A stretch of 64,000 nt of DNA from Leptogorgia sarmentosa. Taxonomy: Eukaryota. Positions 1-12,486 of this stretch are shown here, piece after piece. Under the pieces are notes generated by a model. It had not been told where the DNA came from. It saw nothing but the letters and a program-made list of their open reading frames with translations, and did no database searches. The DNA lies in contig OZ210885.1 of the NCBI GenBank assembly GCA_964658305.1, positions 7,254,001 to 7,318,000 on the forward strand. Reading direction: 5' to 3'. Each line of letters starts with the position of its first letter. Within the stretch, counting starts at the first letter, position 1. A program made the position numbers and the translations under genes.

Positions 1-648
1 GCTTCAATAATTGAACATTAATAGTAGGCGAATTTTCAAAACCTTTCATTTCTCAGTAAACGTAGTCGCGATAGGACCATGGAAAATTCAGTTTGAGAAT
101 CGAGCAGATCTCGTGCGAATATCAGAGTTGGCATTTAAAAAATTCCTAATGTAAGCAATACATAAATGGTGTCAGCCAGTTTATTATCTTATAAGCCAAA
201 GAGGAATCTCAAACCGTCGAGTCGCTCTTCTCTGCAATCCATAATACCCTTTGAAGTAAATTTCTACCGCACGATCGTTTCACGGAACTCAATTACATCA
301 GTAACTGGTTCTATTATCGCACAACATGAAACTTCGATCTGGCTTCGTTGGTAGTTTATGGTTGTAGAAAGCAAAGTTAAAGTGAAGTGATTAGTGCTCT
401 CTTTGCAGACTTGGGCAGATGTTTTCCTTTACCCGAAGACAAGTCCAGTATGGAATTCCCATGATTACGCCGGGTTTGTTTTTATATTCAGTCTGTAACC
501 AAATAATACAGGTTCTGGTTGCGCGTGACGCAATGTAAGGCAAGACAAAGGAAGGGAAGGTAAGACAACGCAAGAAGTGTGCACGTAAGGGAAATTACGG
601 GGTATAAGAAAGGCGAAGAAAGAATATTCCATAACAAGCTGAAGCATA

Positions 649-3234
649 CAATCCTGGACAAAAGTTGTTCTAAATCCAACTCTTTCCTCCAGAATTCAAT
701 GTTGTCACGTGAAATCGCAACAAAACATTGCAGGGCATTAGCAAACACGACGCGAAGTCAGCGGGGATGTGAAAATGGCGCGGCATGGGAGATTTTTTAC
801 TTCCGGTTGAGTCCAGGACGTCGCACATGTTTCGTGGAGGACGGCATCTGGGCTGTTTTCACCAGAACGTAACATATGAATGCTTGTTTTCAAACATATT
901 TTCCTTGCTAGTTCTGAATTTTATTTTGATTGACAAACGTACGCCTGAATAACTCAACGGGTTTTAGCTGCCTTAATTCTTAGCAAACATTTTAATCGCC
1001 AAAATAAAATGATCAAAATATATAGGTACGTTGGTTCAATGTTACTCGTTTTATACCAAATCAAACATTTTAGAATACAAAAGTTGGATGAAAACAACCC
1101 GACGTTAAAATAAACAAGTAAAAATAGAAATAAGATAAATTTGAAACATTTGAACATAAGAAAACAGATTTCACTTTATTTGCCCTAAAAAACTGTGTAT
1201 TGATACATATTCAAACACATGACGGAAAAAAATGGCAACATTGAAATCACTTTTAAATATCGTTAAATTACATCCAGTTGGACCTAAATATGGATATTGA
1301 TATCGAACAGTTTTACTGAACGGAAAATGGAGTATTTATGTTGCAAAAATTACTTGCAGATTTGCGATTTCAAAACCGCTAAAAGACCGATAAAACTGTC
1401 TTTTCCAAAGAAATTAAACTCATTAAAGTGTTACTCAAAAATCTTCAGAAAAATCTTCTTGCTTGCTTTTTGCCTAGTTTATGACAAATTTAAAAATAGG
1501 TACACAAAGTGTACATGTATCTGCGCCTATGTGAGGTTGCGCCTATGTAGCTTGATGATCAAGTCTTATTTGTTTTCAGCTTTTCGATACACGCATCTTA
1601 TCTGTCCCTAATACGCGATCTTGCATGTATAAAATGGTTTACTGCTAGGGAATAGGCGAATAGCGCAAAAAAATACTAGGCAAGACGTGAGGTTGTGCGG
1701 AGACGTATTCAATACTTGATATAAGCTTTCATGACTATCTCGCATTCCGGAATTCCCGCGGTCATATATCAAATTGCATAAGGAATTGAAACTTGACGAC
1801 ATATGATATCGCGTTTTATGTTATTGCGTCTTTAATAGACACAGCGCTTTGCGATTGTTTGTGAAAAATGTGGCTCTCTAAAAACCAAATTTACCCTTTT
1901 CAATACCGTATTATAATAATATATTTATACACAATATATTCCGTCCATTCATGCGCATTTGCGTAGACGCTAAAGTGTATGTATGATCGGTATGCGCATT
2001 ACGCGTAGGTTCAAAACAGAATACTTGAAACTATATATGATTTCGTTTGTTTTGTCTCGCGCTTAATAAACGCACAAACCCGTTTTATTACAAGCTACGA
2101 AATCTATTTTCCTGGTATTGAATGTTTCAACCATTTCGGATGGCGAAGCGTCAAAATATAGTAGATATTCCGTGATCACAATGACACCGCGGTCAATCCA
2201 AACATGTACAGTGTCTCAGTGCGACAGTGCCGACACGCTAAAGTATCGTAGGGAAAATATACGCGCAATTGTGTCAAGACATTAAACTCTTTCATAACCT
2301 TAAATATTCGCTGTGTTCAATTGTATAAATTGCGTCATGATATTTTTGCTTTGATGATCTAAATTGCATAGCGAACGCGAACCTCTTTAATTAATATCTT
2401 TAAAAGCAAATGCCAATGTCTGCAATTTGCGTCATGATATTTTTGCGTATAAATTTCCTTAGTATAAATAGTGTTCTAAACGGCGCAAACGCTCATAAAT
2501 TGACCTCTATTTCAGTGAAGTCACTCGTCGCTGCGAACATTATATTTTCTTTTTATCTGGATATTCATGCGAAACAAAATCCACGATCAAACAGACAAAC
2601 ACATCACCACTCATTAGCTCGCGCCTATACCAGCCGCCATTTTGTAATATTTAGCCCGCAAGAACTCCACGTTGGTTCCCTTAAATTTGCGGGTGGGCTC
2701 AGTGAGAGTTACGTCATCTCAATGTTACGTTGTCGCCTATTGGCTAAATTTAACTAACGAATTCGCTGATTGGCTGCAAGCTAACAGTTAACGGCTAACA
2801 GCTAACAGCTAACAGCTAACAACTCGATAGCAATATATCTGCGTCACTACGTCACGCAGATACAAAAAGACATAAACTACGCTTGATCCCAACCCAGATC
2901 CTAAACCCGAAAAAGAAAAGTCGGGAAAATATTTGGAAAAAACTTTTAACTTGAAATCGCTATAGCACGAATAAGCGTCGAACCGGGGCCTGAACTGTAA
3001 AACTGCGACAGACGCATCGCGCGCCTAACCGTCTGAGCAAATTTCGAGATCGCTGAAATTCTTCGAAAACAAAACTATTTATAGTGGAAATGTATTATGT
3101 AACATTCAAATGTGAGCGGGGAAGGTATCGACCGTTTTGGAAGCCAAAGACTGTTTACGAAAAGGAAATAACCAGCGGCGTACTACAACATTGGTTTTGG
3201 GAGGTGGGATTTACAACGTTTTTGTTCAAGATTG
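649..3234. mobile_element. TIR element (Tc1/mariner-like CAATC ends), probably expanded by nested insertions
   Basis: caatcctggacaaaagttgttctaaatcc at 649 matches the reverse complement of ggatttacaacgtttttgttcaagattg ending 3234. TA precedes the left end only. Confidence 0.4.
1512..2246 (+). repeat. Dispersed repeat, copy 1 (TE-derived)
   Basis: Nearly identical to 25509-26016, which lacks about 240 bp of the middle. Confidence 0.85.
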
Positions 3235-3422
3235 AACCTTAGAGAAACGTCGTTATAACACCAAAGCCCCCCCCCCCCGAATTCAATGTTGCCACGTGAA
3301 ATGTCCCACCTTGATTTTGGGACTGTTACAAAAATTTTCCCCACGACTGTAGCATAATGATAATGCAAAGGTAAACTAAACGATAGGAAAACTGGATAAA
3401 ATAAAGTTCATTGTTTTGTTAC

Positions 3423-3848
3423 CTAGCAGTTGTGGACAGATTGAATCAGCATTCTTCTCGATAACGGGGAAAGATAACATTAATGATGATTTGAGGAGTT
3501 GTGTTTCCTGTGACAGTGTGCCCAAAAAACGAAAATCTGATACAACGGAGGGTAGGTCATTAATGTGTTTGACTTTTTGCTGAAGCCAGTTTAAATCGAA
3601 GAACAGTTGAAGTAGTTCACCATGTTGTTCTGAGGAGGAGATGTGATAGGGTAGGAACTTGAAGTAATAGTCTTTTTGCGCGGTAGTTGAATTATCATTC
3701 CATTCACCGTTCACGCATTGGCCACGAAGTGTCTCCACAAACAAACGCTGAACACCAGTTAGTGAGCCTGAGGCTCTAAGTTTTCTCCGGGCAAAATCCA
3801 GCAGTAAATCATGAACACGGTAGCTTGTCTTCTTATGAAGTTGAGGTC
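3423..3848 (-). CDS. Winged-helix/MHD and APAF-1-like helical domain exon
   Basis: Phase-1 acceptor tttttttcag|GA; YRVHDLLLDFAR, DYYFKFLPYH, LFFDLNWLQQKV; donor CTAG|gtaaca. Confidence 0.85.
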
Positions 3849-6800
3849 CTGAAAAAAAGATTATTGGGACGTCAAGCATCAATCAGTTACTGACATTGGT
3901 GCATTAACAAGCGATATCCAACGGACAGTAGGTTTTCGTTTTTCTAAAACTGAGTAATAAATAGTATTATTATATGGCTGACATAAATGCCGCACGCTGA
4001 TTGGTTGATTAGCGGTCCGGAAAAAGTCATCTTGCCCGCTCAGGAAAGTCATCTTGCCCGCTCGTGAAACTATTGTGCAAATAAAATTTTTAAGGAAACT
4101 AAATCTTATTATACCGTATCGTGACGATGAAGAACACTCCCCGATTGAATTTTACTGTCTCAGAAAAACACACGATCCAAAATGCTGAGTTTTAAAGTGA
4201 AAATAACAGCGAACAAAACAACAGTTCGAAAACTGTTGCGAACGTACATTGTTTTCACAACACTTAATGGCTTGAATTCGCATCGAACGTTTGTTGTTTA
4301 TCATGACATTTACATTGTATTTTTTTATTCAATTTTTTCCTTTGTTGTATTTTTATTGTTTTGTTGTTGTACAGCAGTGAACGGCCAGAAACTGCCATTC
4401 AGTATGCGAGTGTATACGGCTGAACGTTTTAGCAGCGAAAGTGTTTTCTAGTTCTTTCTACAATGTCAGAACAAATTGCGATCGAACAAAGCCATATAAT
4501 AAATCCCTTATTAACCTCATTTGCTCTGTCTGTACCTAATACAAATAAGTCCTTACTACAAAGATAAAAACTGTTTTGTAACTTGACTTCTGACTTAAAG
4601 GACAGTTATTCAATGCACGACTTGCGGCTTAGAGTAATTTTAATGCGAGGATTTTCTAAAACATGGCTTTCACATAAATTCAACTCGCTCGTATACCTTT
4701 ATGAATCATGGATTTTCTTTCAAGAGAATCAAGTATACGTCTTGTTTTCCTAGGTTCACACGATGTTCTACCGGCTCTTTCTGCGGACCCAAACAGCTCC
4801 AGTACATCTGAAGGTATGTTTGTATCTTCTGGAAATATACCAAAATCTAGGAACTTTTCTTGTTCCGATTGTTCTAAGCGTTCAAAGCTAATATTAATGG
4901 CTGTAACGATGTTATCATAAGGATAATCGTCGGTGGCAACCATTGAATGAAGTTCTTCCAAATCAGTAGTAAATCCATCTAAAATATCTTGCCAAGCCTG
5001 TTCCGAACGATTGCCGTTTAAATTTGAACCAACAAGTGAGAGGGCCAGCGGCAGGCCTTTGCACTGTTTCAATAGTTCTTCAATAATTTGCTGCATTTTT
5101 GGACTAAAGCTAGGCAGTTCATCTTGCTTAATCCCAGCACTTTGAAAAATTAGCTCTCGAGATTTATCCTGTTCCATTATATCGAGTTCGTAGACAAATC
5201 CTCTTGAACCGCGGACAACATTGACATCTCTGGTAGTTATCAATAACTGACATTTTTCAGACAAGGTATCAAACACAGCAACGTGGTTAACATTCCAAAC
5301 ATCATCAAGAACTACAAGACATTCTTTATCGCTCTGCAATAGATAGAAAAATAATTAAATATTAGATGTAAGATGCTGTATGGTCTTTTTGGTGAGTGTC
5401 TTCACAGTAGACAGCCTGGAAATGACTTCACCGCAGTACGACTATGCCTTTCAGCTTATTAAAACTTGAGAGAGTGTTTAAGGAACGCGCCACGTACATT
5501 ATTAACTCCTATGCAAATCCGATTAAAGATATATTAAATAGTACTTTTAATTCAAGGGTTACACAGTGGAGCCAAGAACCTCGAACAGCCAAGCGAAAGA
5601 AGGACTAAATACAGGACGTGTAAAAAAAAGTTTAGTGTAGGAAATGATCCCTAAACTAACGAGCGTTAACGAAATCTGTGAAAACGTTGAGTTAACCTAC
5701 GCAGATTAACACCCTCTGGTACATCTCGCACTGAGTTTATTAAATCTTTTTTCTATCATTTTTAGAGTAGGAAATGTGCTGCTGAAGGGCATTTTAAAAA
5801 TGACTTGCGCACAAAAACTAAGTTCTTTTCACGAATTTTGAGTCAATCGACTCAAAATATGGAGCATGTTGTACAAGTTATTAAAGTGTTGTGGAATTTG
5901 CTTCCCGCAGTGTTGTCACTGCGAGAACTGGATTTTGCGTTGCTTCCTGCGTGATTACCCATTAATTTAATGCATAATTGGATATTCCATTAATTTTCAA
6001 TGCGAATTCCAAGGCCTTAACTACGCGAATAAATTGCGTTAAATCCAGATTTCGGACATCGCGCGTTCGCCTCAGCGAGTGCGTAAGTTACAAACCTCAA
6101 CGAATGTGCATAAGTTACAAACCCATGGATGACCCAGCGGCCTCAAACACAAGTTACGGGTAAAACTATATTATTTAAACAATTAAACATCTAAATAACA
6201 TGGTATTGCTTTAACCTTAAGCCCATTTTCCACTCCATTATTTCGCCACAGACGGCGAAAAGAATTGACAAAGATATTATGTTTTATATTCATTCGCCAC
6301 TGATGAAATTTGTTCCACTTCTGTAGTTTTTGAAAATGTTCACTGTTGGCGCGAAAGAACGAGGAATTAGATTTGTCGGTGGCAAAATTATTCGCCAGCG
6401 GCGGCCAAATACGTGAGTGGAAAACGGGCTTTACGCGAGCTTGTCCAGAAAGAATAAAAATAAGGCTTGTTTGAAATTGCCTTCGAACCCAAAAAATTCG
6501 AATGCATACATACTGTGTTTTTTTTAATCCAGTCTTGTGCTTCACGGATAACACTGAAAGGTTTTGCTCCACCAAGAACTTTTACTAAGATGTTAATCAG
6601 TGCTAAACAGTCAGGAGTTTCCCCAACATCAAGCCATATCACTTGACGTGAAACTGAAACTTCCCATGCGACAGCCAGAGCTAAGATGGTCTTACCCAGA
6701 CCCCCCATACCACGGATACCAACGACGTCACCGCTGCGACTTCCCACCACACCAACTTTACTATTTCCCTCCGCAAACGAATTCAATATCTCGTTCACTT

Positions 6801-9800
6801 CTGTTGGTCTTCTCACCATGTCACGAGGTAGACTGCGTAAACCATACCAATCTAAGATAGGAAATAAACGAGTTATGCTGGATGAGTATAACTGAACCTA
6901 AAAAATTTATAGTAAATGCATGGAGATTATTCATTCAAAAGATATCTCTTTACAAGTTTTTACCAGAACTACAAAACAAAACGTTGTCATGTATTTAACA
7001 TCGATTTTGGTAAAATATATCTTTCATGGTGATTAGTACACGAAATGTCCTAACTTTGGTTTTCATTTCATAAACATGACTCATTGTAATACCTCAAGGA
7101 TGGAAATTATAATAATACCTCTAATGCCTTTGATGGATGGAAATTGCTGAAAACATAAGGGTACACTAGAACACAACGCATAGTACAATTGTGCTCTCTC
7201 TGTTACATCAGTTCTCATAATTTGTATATTTGAACTCTGAATTCGAGATCACATGACAATAAAAATAAACGAATTCGGTATTTTCACATAAATGGAAAAA
7301 TGAAACTTAAATATCTGACATTGTCATTTAGGCACTCTCGTTGCAGTTGAGCTGGGTTGGCTCTTCACCAGCTTTTTTATTTGGTTGACCACTGATACCG
7401 CGGAGTTCTTTTTTTCGCTTCACAGGAGGGGAGAGTGTGTTTGGAAAATTATTCGGAGAAACATCGGATTCGCGCGAAATTTGCGATGTTTTCATATCGT
7501 ATTTCTTTTGCCATTTACTCAATCCAGCATATAATTGGCGACAAACGAGAAGCTGGTTGTTCGAATCCAGAATTGGAACCAAATTTTTAATGAATTGCCT
7601 GACAGATCCAGATACTCAAAAGGTTAATTTCGCTGCATAATATGTTTTGCATAAACACAGTTTAACTAATTTTACAGTCATAAAAACAATACCTGGTTTC
7701 TCTGCATAATCTGATTGATCTGTTCCAAGCATTTTATGAAGAGATTCGATTTCATCTGTGTTCCGTTCAATTTTCTCTGTGTTTTCAGCTGCACATCTTG
7801 CAACCTCTTCAATTTTGCAAAACAGTCTTGACTTTAAATTGTCAAGTTCTTCCACCACTTCATCCATCTGGGAAGAGAAAAGTGACATGTCACATAAATA
7901 AGTGATACATCTTTACAACATGAAGTATACAGTTGCAGTGTTTTATAGGGATTTCGGGCACTGATAAAACCAGTGAAAGTACTTATAATTTCAAGCGTGA
8001 AAATTACAGTTTTCAATCTAATGTCATTAGTATGTAAGCCTGCGTTTTTCAGTGGCGTATACCCAGAACGATAATTGGGTGCCCTATTTTAATATATTCA
8101 TGTTCTGCGCTATTAATTTCTTTTAAAATCAATTGTCTTTATGGTATGTGAACACGAGTATATGAATATGCCCCCTCCCAATTATCGCTATTGCTACGCC
8201 ACTGGCATTTTTAGAGTTTTTTTCCTCTGTTGTCAATTAGCCTTTTTTTTCTCCTTCAAGATCTGTCAAAAACTATGAAATGCATATAACTCACAGTGAG
8301 GACGACATATTGAATGCTTGGTCGACATAGAAGTAAAGTCGAATACCAGCTAGAATTAGGTACAGTAATTTAAATGCTGCGAGCAGAACTGGAATACCAA
8401 TTGGCTGCATCTTTCGCAGTCGTCTCTTGGTTAGTTGAGTGGTCGTCATGCCATCAATCGCACTAAACGGTCCACGCACTTACGGTTTTCAGGCGTACTT
8501 GATCAAAAGTAAACGGCTGCGTGGTTTCTAGGCGTACTCGGTCAAAACTAAAACGCTTTCTGGGCGTTATTGATCAGAACTAAAGGGCTTTCTAGACGAA
8601 ATTCTGTCAACTACGTAGGTATAGGCAAAACAAAACGACTGCTTGGATATGCATTGATGGAGGTCACTATGGGCTTTCCCGTGTCGTGAATTTAAACCAA
8701 TGGCGTGTACGTAGCCATACTACCTTCCCTTCGGAAAATGCGCCAGTACAGTTGGCGGAAACCGCATCAACTTCTCCTCGAGGACAAACGCTTGGCAAGC
8801 GTCTTCTTTCACATTTAAAGAACAATTCCAACTATTTGGAATTTTGTATAATTTTAGCCGTTTATTGCATTTCAAGACGAAATACAATATATTTTTAAGA
8901 GTAAGCATTCGATTCGTGGTCTTCTGCGGTGTTTAATGGTACCTGAGTTAAGGATCACTTAAAAACACCTAAAGGTATTTTGAACGTGCTATCACTAAAT
9001 ATTTTTACGTGGTTATGTATACGTTTTAAAATGGGCTAAAAAACATTCCATTTTTTTATCACGCAATAACGAGCACCGTGCATACAATCAATTACAACTT
9101 CTAAAAACCTTTGGGAAAAAAACAACATTTACGAGCTAACCTGTGGAAATAGCTTCATGATTTTTCATGTCCCGGAAGGATACAAATTCCCGAAAAGGGG
9201 CCAACTTTCCTGTGACACCCGGGAAAAGCGAAATATGGTCTGCTTGTTGAACGGGACCATATAATACTAATTTAGCGATTGCTAGGGGGAATATTAGATT
9301 TTTCTCAAACCTTTTTGTCTGCTTCAAACTGCCAGGTTTCACCACTTCGGCGAAGTTCGTCAAGTAATTTTAAGTAACGACCATCAACAAAAATGTCCGA
9401 AACTAAGAACGAAAAAGTATATTATTAAATCAAACAAATAATACAATAGCACAGGTACCGTATTTGCAGTAATAAGGAATTCCCAGAGTTATTACTGTTT
9501 GGTATGAGAAATTTCCGGTATGGGTATTCGGGAAAATTATACTGATATTATCACTTCAGAATAACGAACAAGAGCAGGAAGGATAATCTCACTACCTAAA
9601 CGATAAAACTAAACCTACGCTGGCCACATGTGCTGTGATTTAAACTGATACCTTTATTCTTCCATTCCTGTAGATCATCACACGCCTGTTTTTCAAGAAC
9701 AGCTGATAACTTAATGTTTTTCATCAAGAATTCCATGTCTTGAATTGCATCATTGAACATGGCATTGGTCCAATTGGAAAAGTTACAATGAGCCCACTCA

Positions 9801-10249
9801 TTTCTCACTTTTGACCTTACATTCTTTGCGTACACTGAGGCACCAGATGTTATGAATGGATCTGCTTCACACATGATAGTCAGTAAAGCAGAAAGATCCA
9901 TTGTATCGTCAAAACCTGTAAACTTTGCCATGAAGGGTTGAACGAACAACTTTGCCAAAGACAGAGCATCTTTCACCGCGTAGTCATATGCACGGGGAGA
10001 TTTGTGTACATTATTACCGTTGATGTTTTTATATTGTAAGTAAAAGGTTGATGGCGGAAATGTTCTCTTGTTCTTTCCAGAAGTTTGTTTGTCAATTTCA
10101 ACAGGTGGTTTACATAAGTCTTGATACCAGCTCTGCAATTCTGCATCGACAACTTTCCTCAAGGTTGGAGTGACAACTTTGGTAAGGCAAATACCTGTTA
10201 CAACCCATCTGGATTCTTCATCTCTTGTGCAACTGGCACCGCTTGCCAT
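3423..10249 (-). CDS. Spliced HEPN-coiled coil-NB-ARC (APAF-1-like STAND NTPase) gene. At least 5 coding exons; the exon1-exon2 junction and the 3' end are unresolved
   Basis: Exons 9652-10249, 7693-7867, 6514-6851, 4697-5333 and 3423-3848 have GT-AG ends, and the last four join in matching phases (1,0,1). Motifs: RNEWAH, Walker A GMGGLGKT, Walker B LVVLDDVW, LLITTRD, CKGLPLAL, FLDFGIFPED, MHD-like VHDLL, and an APAF-1-like helical domain ending QLLG. Confidence 0.8.
3967..4502. mobile_element. Non-autonomous element with short inverted ends, unclassified
   Basis: ttattatatggct ... agccatataataa (13-bp perfect inverted repeat), intronic. Confidence 0.5.
4697..5333 (-). CDS. NB-ARC exon (Walker B, RNBS-B, GLPL, RNBS-D)
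   Basis: Phase-0 acceptor ctattgcag|AGC; LDDVW, ITTRD, GLPLAL, IFPED; phase-1 donor AAAG|gtatac. Confidence 0.9.
6514..6851 (-). CDS. NB-ARC exon containing the P-loop
   Basis: Phase-1 acceptor cctatcttag|AT gives DWYGLRSLPRDMVRR in frame with GIRGMGGLGKT; phase-0 donor ACA|gtatgt. Confidence 0.85.
7693..7867 (-). CDS. Coiled-coil linker exon
   Basis: Acceptor ttttctcttcccag|ATG; MDEVVEELDNLKSRLFCKIEEVARCAAENTEKIERNTDEIESL; phase-1 donor CCAG|gtattg. Confidence 0.65.
8050..8204. mobile_element. hAT-type MITE
   Basis: TIR cagtggcgta/tacgccactg; 8-bp TSD gcgttttt/gcattttt (1 mismatch). Confidence 0.8.
9652..10249 (-). CDS. Exon encoding the N-terminal HEPN-type (DZIP3-like) domain
   Basis: ATG at 10249 follows acceptor tttgtag|atccctgaatc. 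Helical 199-aa domain with RxxxxH motif (VRNEWAHC). Phase-1 donor AAG|gtatca. Confidence 0.75.
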
Positions 10250-10393
10250 GATTCAGGGATCTACAAATAAAATATACGTGAATTAAGTATACGCAATTTA
10301 AAAAGACTTTCAGCTGCAATCAATGAATTTCATAACATTTTTATGCACTCCATATTTTAAATATGCAGTTAACATCAAACTACGTGGCACTAA

Positions 10394-11537
10394 AGGCCCA
10401 TTTACACTACACAAGAATTGGTGCGGCGCGGCTAAAATTTGCCGGGTTTTATTGGCACGGCACCGTGAAATTTCTATGTGTTAACAAGTCGTCAACATTT
10501 TAGTTTTTGGCACTCGTGCCGTTTTTCTACCCGTGCCGAGACCCAGAACATACGCATGCGCGGTACGTTTTCAAAATCGCAGAAAAGATAGGTGAGGCAA
10601 AATTGAAAAATAATAGAGGCATTACATGGCCAGAGACAGTAGCTCTGTTAAAGCTAAAGTTAAATCAATATATTGCCCATTAATTCCTAAAAAAAGGTTT
10701 AATGTATGTTTAAATCGTTGGGCAAGGCTTGAGTCACATGCTCGGCATGAGTATTTGTTTAGGATTAACTGTCGTTCTTCTCCTCTATGTCACTGCGGCA
10801 CAGACATTGAAAGTATAGAGCATTATTTCTTACACTGTCCCCGATTCGCTGTTCAACGTGCCTCTTTATTTACCTCTGCTGAGCGGATATGTGGTCATAT
10901 GTGGTTGGCGAGTACTAATCAAAATAAGGTATTCTATTCTTTAAACAATTTTGATAATGTTAACTATGAAATTAACGTTTTCGAGAAGTCCAAATTTAGT
11001 TTCTACAAATCGTTTCTCTCCTGTATTCGTGTACTATAGATTCTGTGTTTTTGTCCTGTCTTATGTCTTGTATTACGTATATCATTGTCTCATTGATTGC
11101 TTGTCTCAAGTATTCTGTTTCCAATTAACTCTCTCTATTTTGTAATTTTGGTGTGTGTTTTTTTATTCTAACATTATGTGTGCACGAGCCCTCTAGTTAA
11201 GCCATATGTGCTTTTGGGGCGAATGTTTTAAATTTAATAAAATTTGCTTATACGAAAGACACAAGAGCAAATACGGAATGGTAATGGATAATCCAGGGAA
11301 AAAAAATAACACTTCGATGAACGCATGTATGATTTTCCATTATAGATGAAATTGTGTGAGAAAAGATTTACGGACTACACTACACCATAGACAACGTGAT
11401 TAACAAAATGAAAAATCGCCGTAAAAATGGTAAAAATGCAAGTGTAAGTGGCTATTGCCGTGCCAATAAAGAACGCCACAGTTCCACATTTTAGTCGTGG
11501 CGCGCCAAATTGAATTCTTGTGTAGTGTAAATAGTCT
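10394..11537. mobile_element. PIF/Harbinger-like MITE
   Basis: TIR aggcccatttacactacacaagaatt / aattcttgtgtagtgtaaatagtct in a TWA context. Confidence 0.7.
10700..11241 (+). mobile_element. 5'-truncated LINE 3' end (CR1/L2-like) nested in the MITE
   Basis: ORF2 C-terminal Cys/His motif SPLCHCGTDIESIEHYFLHCPRF, then a T-rich 3' UTR, stem-loop-like end and AATAAA. Confidence 0.7.
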
Positions 11538-12113
11538 TTAAAGGTCAGTCTAATATTTTTATGAAAATTGGGACCCCTCGAATATGTTGGCAATTTTGTA
11601 AAACACCTTTCGCCCCAGCACATCTTTACAACATTTGATTGAAGAATGTGCTCCACCAATGGGAAGAGTCCAGAACACATTCTTTAAACAACGCTGCGCA
11701 CAGTTGTTAACAGTGAAAACATCCTAATATCTCACTGATTTCTGTAGTTCCAGAAACGTTGTTAAGGTCTAATTGTTGATCTATCAATAGTAAACAATGC
11801 TAGATATCAACCGTAAGCAATACGTATATGTACATGTACATGTACATGTAAACTTGCATGGGTTTAGCGTGGTGTATTTTCGTAATGACATCTACACTGC
11901 ACTTACAGGTACAAAACATGAATAAATCTTGCATACAGGGTGTATAAAACAAGTACGATCCTACAATCGCACTACCGCGATCAGGTATTGCAACGTTCAA
12001 TGGCGTAGGCGTACGAGCACACTTTTTTTTCGGAGGGGGGAGGAGTTTGGAACGTTTCTACTAGAGTGATGCAAAGCATCATTGGGCGAGCCTTGAAGCC
12101 ATTGAATAGCAGT

Positions 12114-12486
12114 CAGTGGCGTAACGCAACCTCTGGGGGCCCTCCGACAGTCGACCACTTTGGGGCCCCCTTTGCTCCACTAATAAATAGGCTGAATTTA
12201 CGACTTATGTCTACACAACGGCAAACCTCACTTTGTTACAGAATAGACTCGAACCCGAATTTGAATTTAATGAATTTCGCTTCTCTCTTCCAAAGAACAG
12301 GTACAGGATACACCATAAGTCCCAATTAATAGGCAACTCCACCGGCACCTGCCTATCTGTCTGTTTTTCGTATTTGAATTCTCCAGAAATGTGCTATTAA
12401 TTTTTTATGTTCATTTTGTCGGGGGCCCCTAAAGTTCGGGGGCCCCCTGTCACTGGACACCCTGACACCCCTCCGTTACGCCGCTG
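12114..12486. mobile_element. hAT-type MITE (same family as 23354-23843)
   Basis: TIR cagtggcgtaacg/cgttacgccgctg; perfect 8-bp TSD ATAGCAGT. Confidence 0.9.

Noticed and set aside
7118..7150. Micro-exon QFPSIKGIR in the STAND gene
   Set aside because: Needs phase-0 entry, while the flanking exons already join in phase 1; phase-1 entry gives a stop
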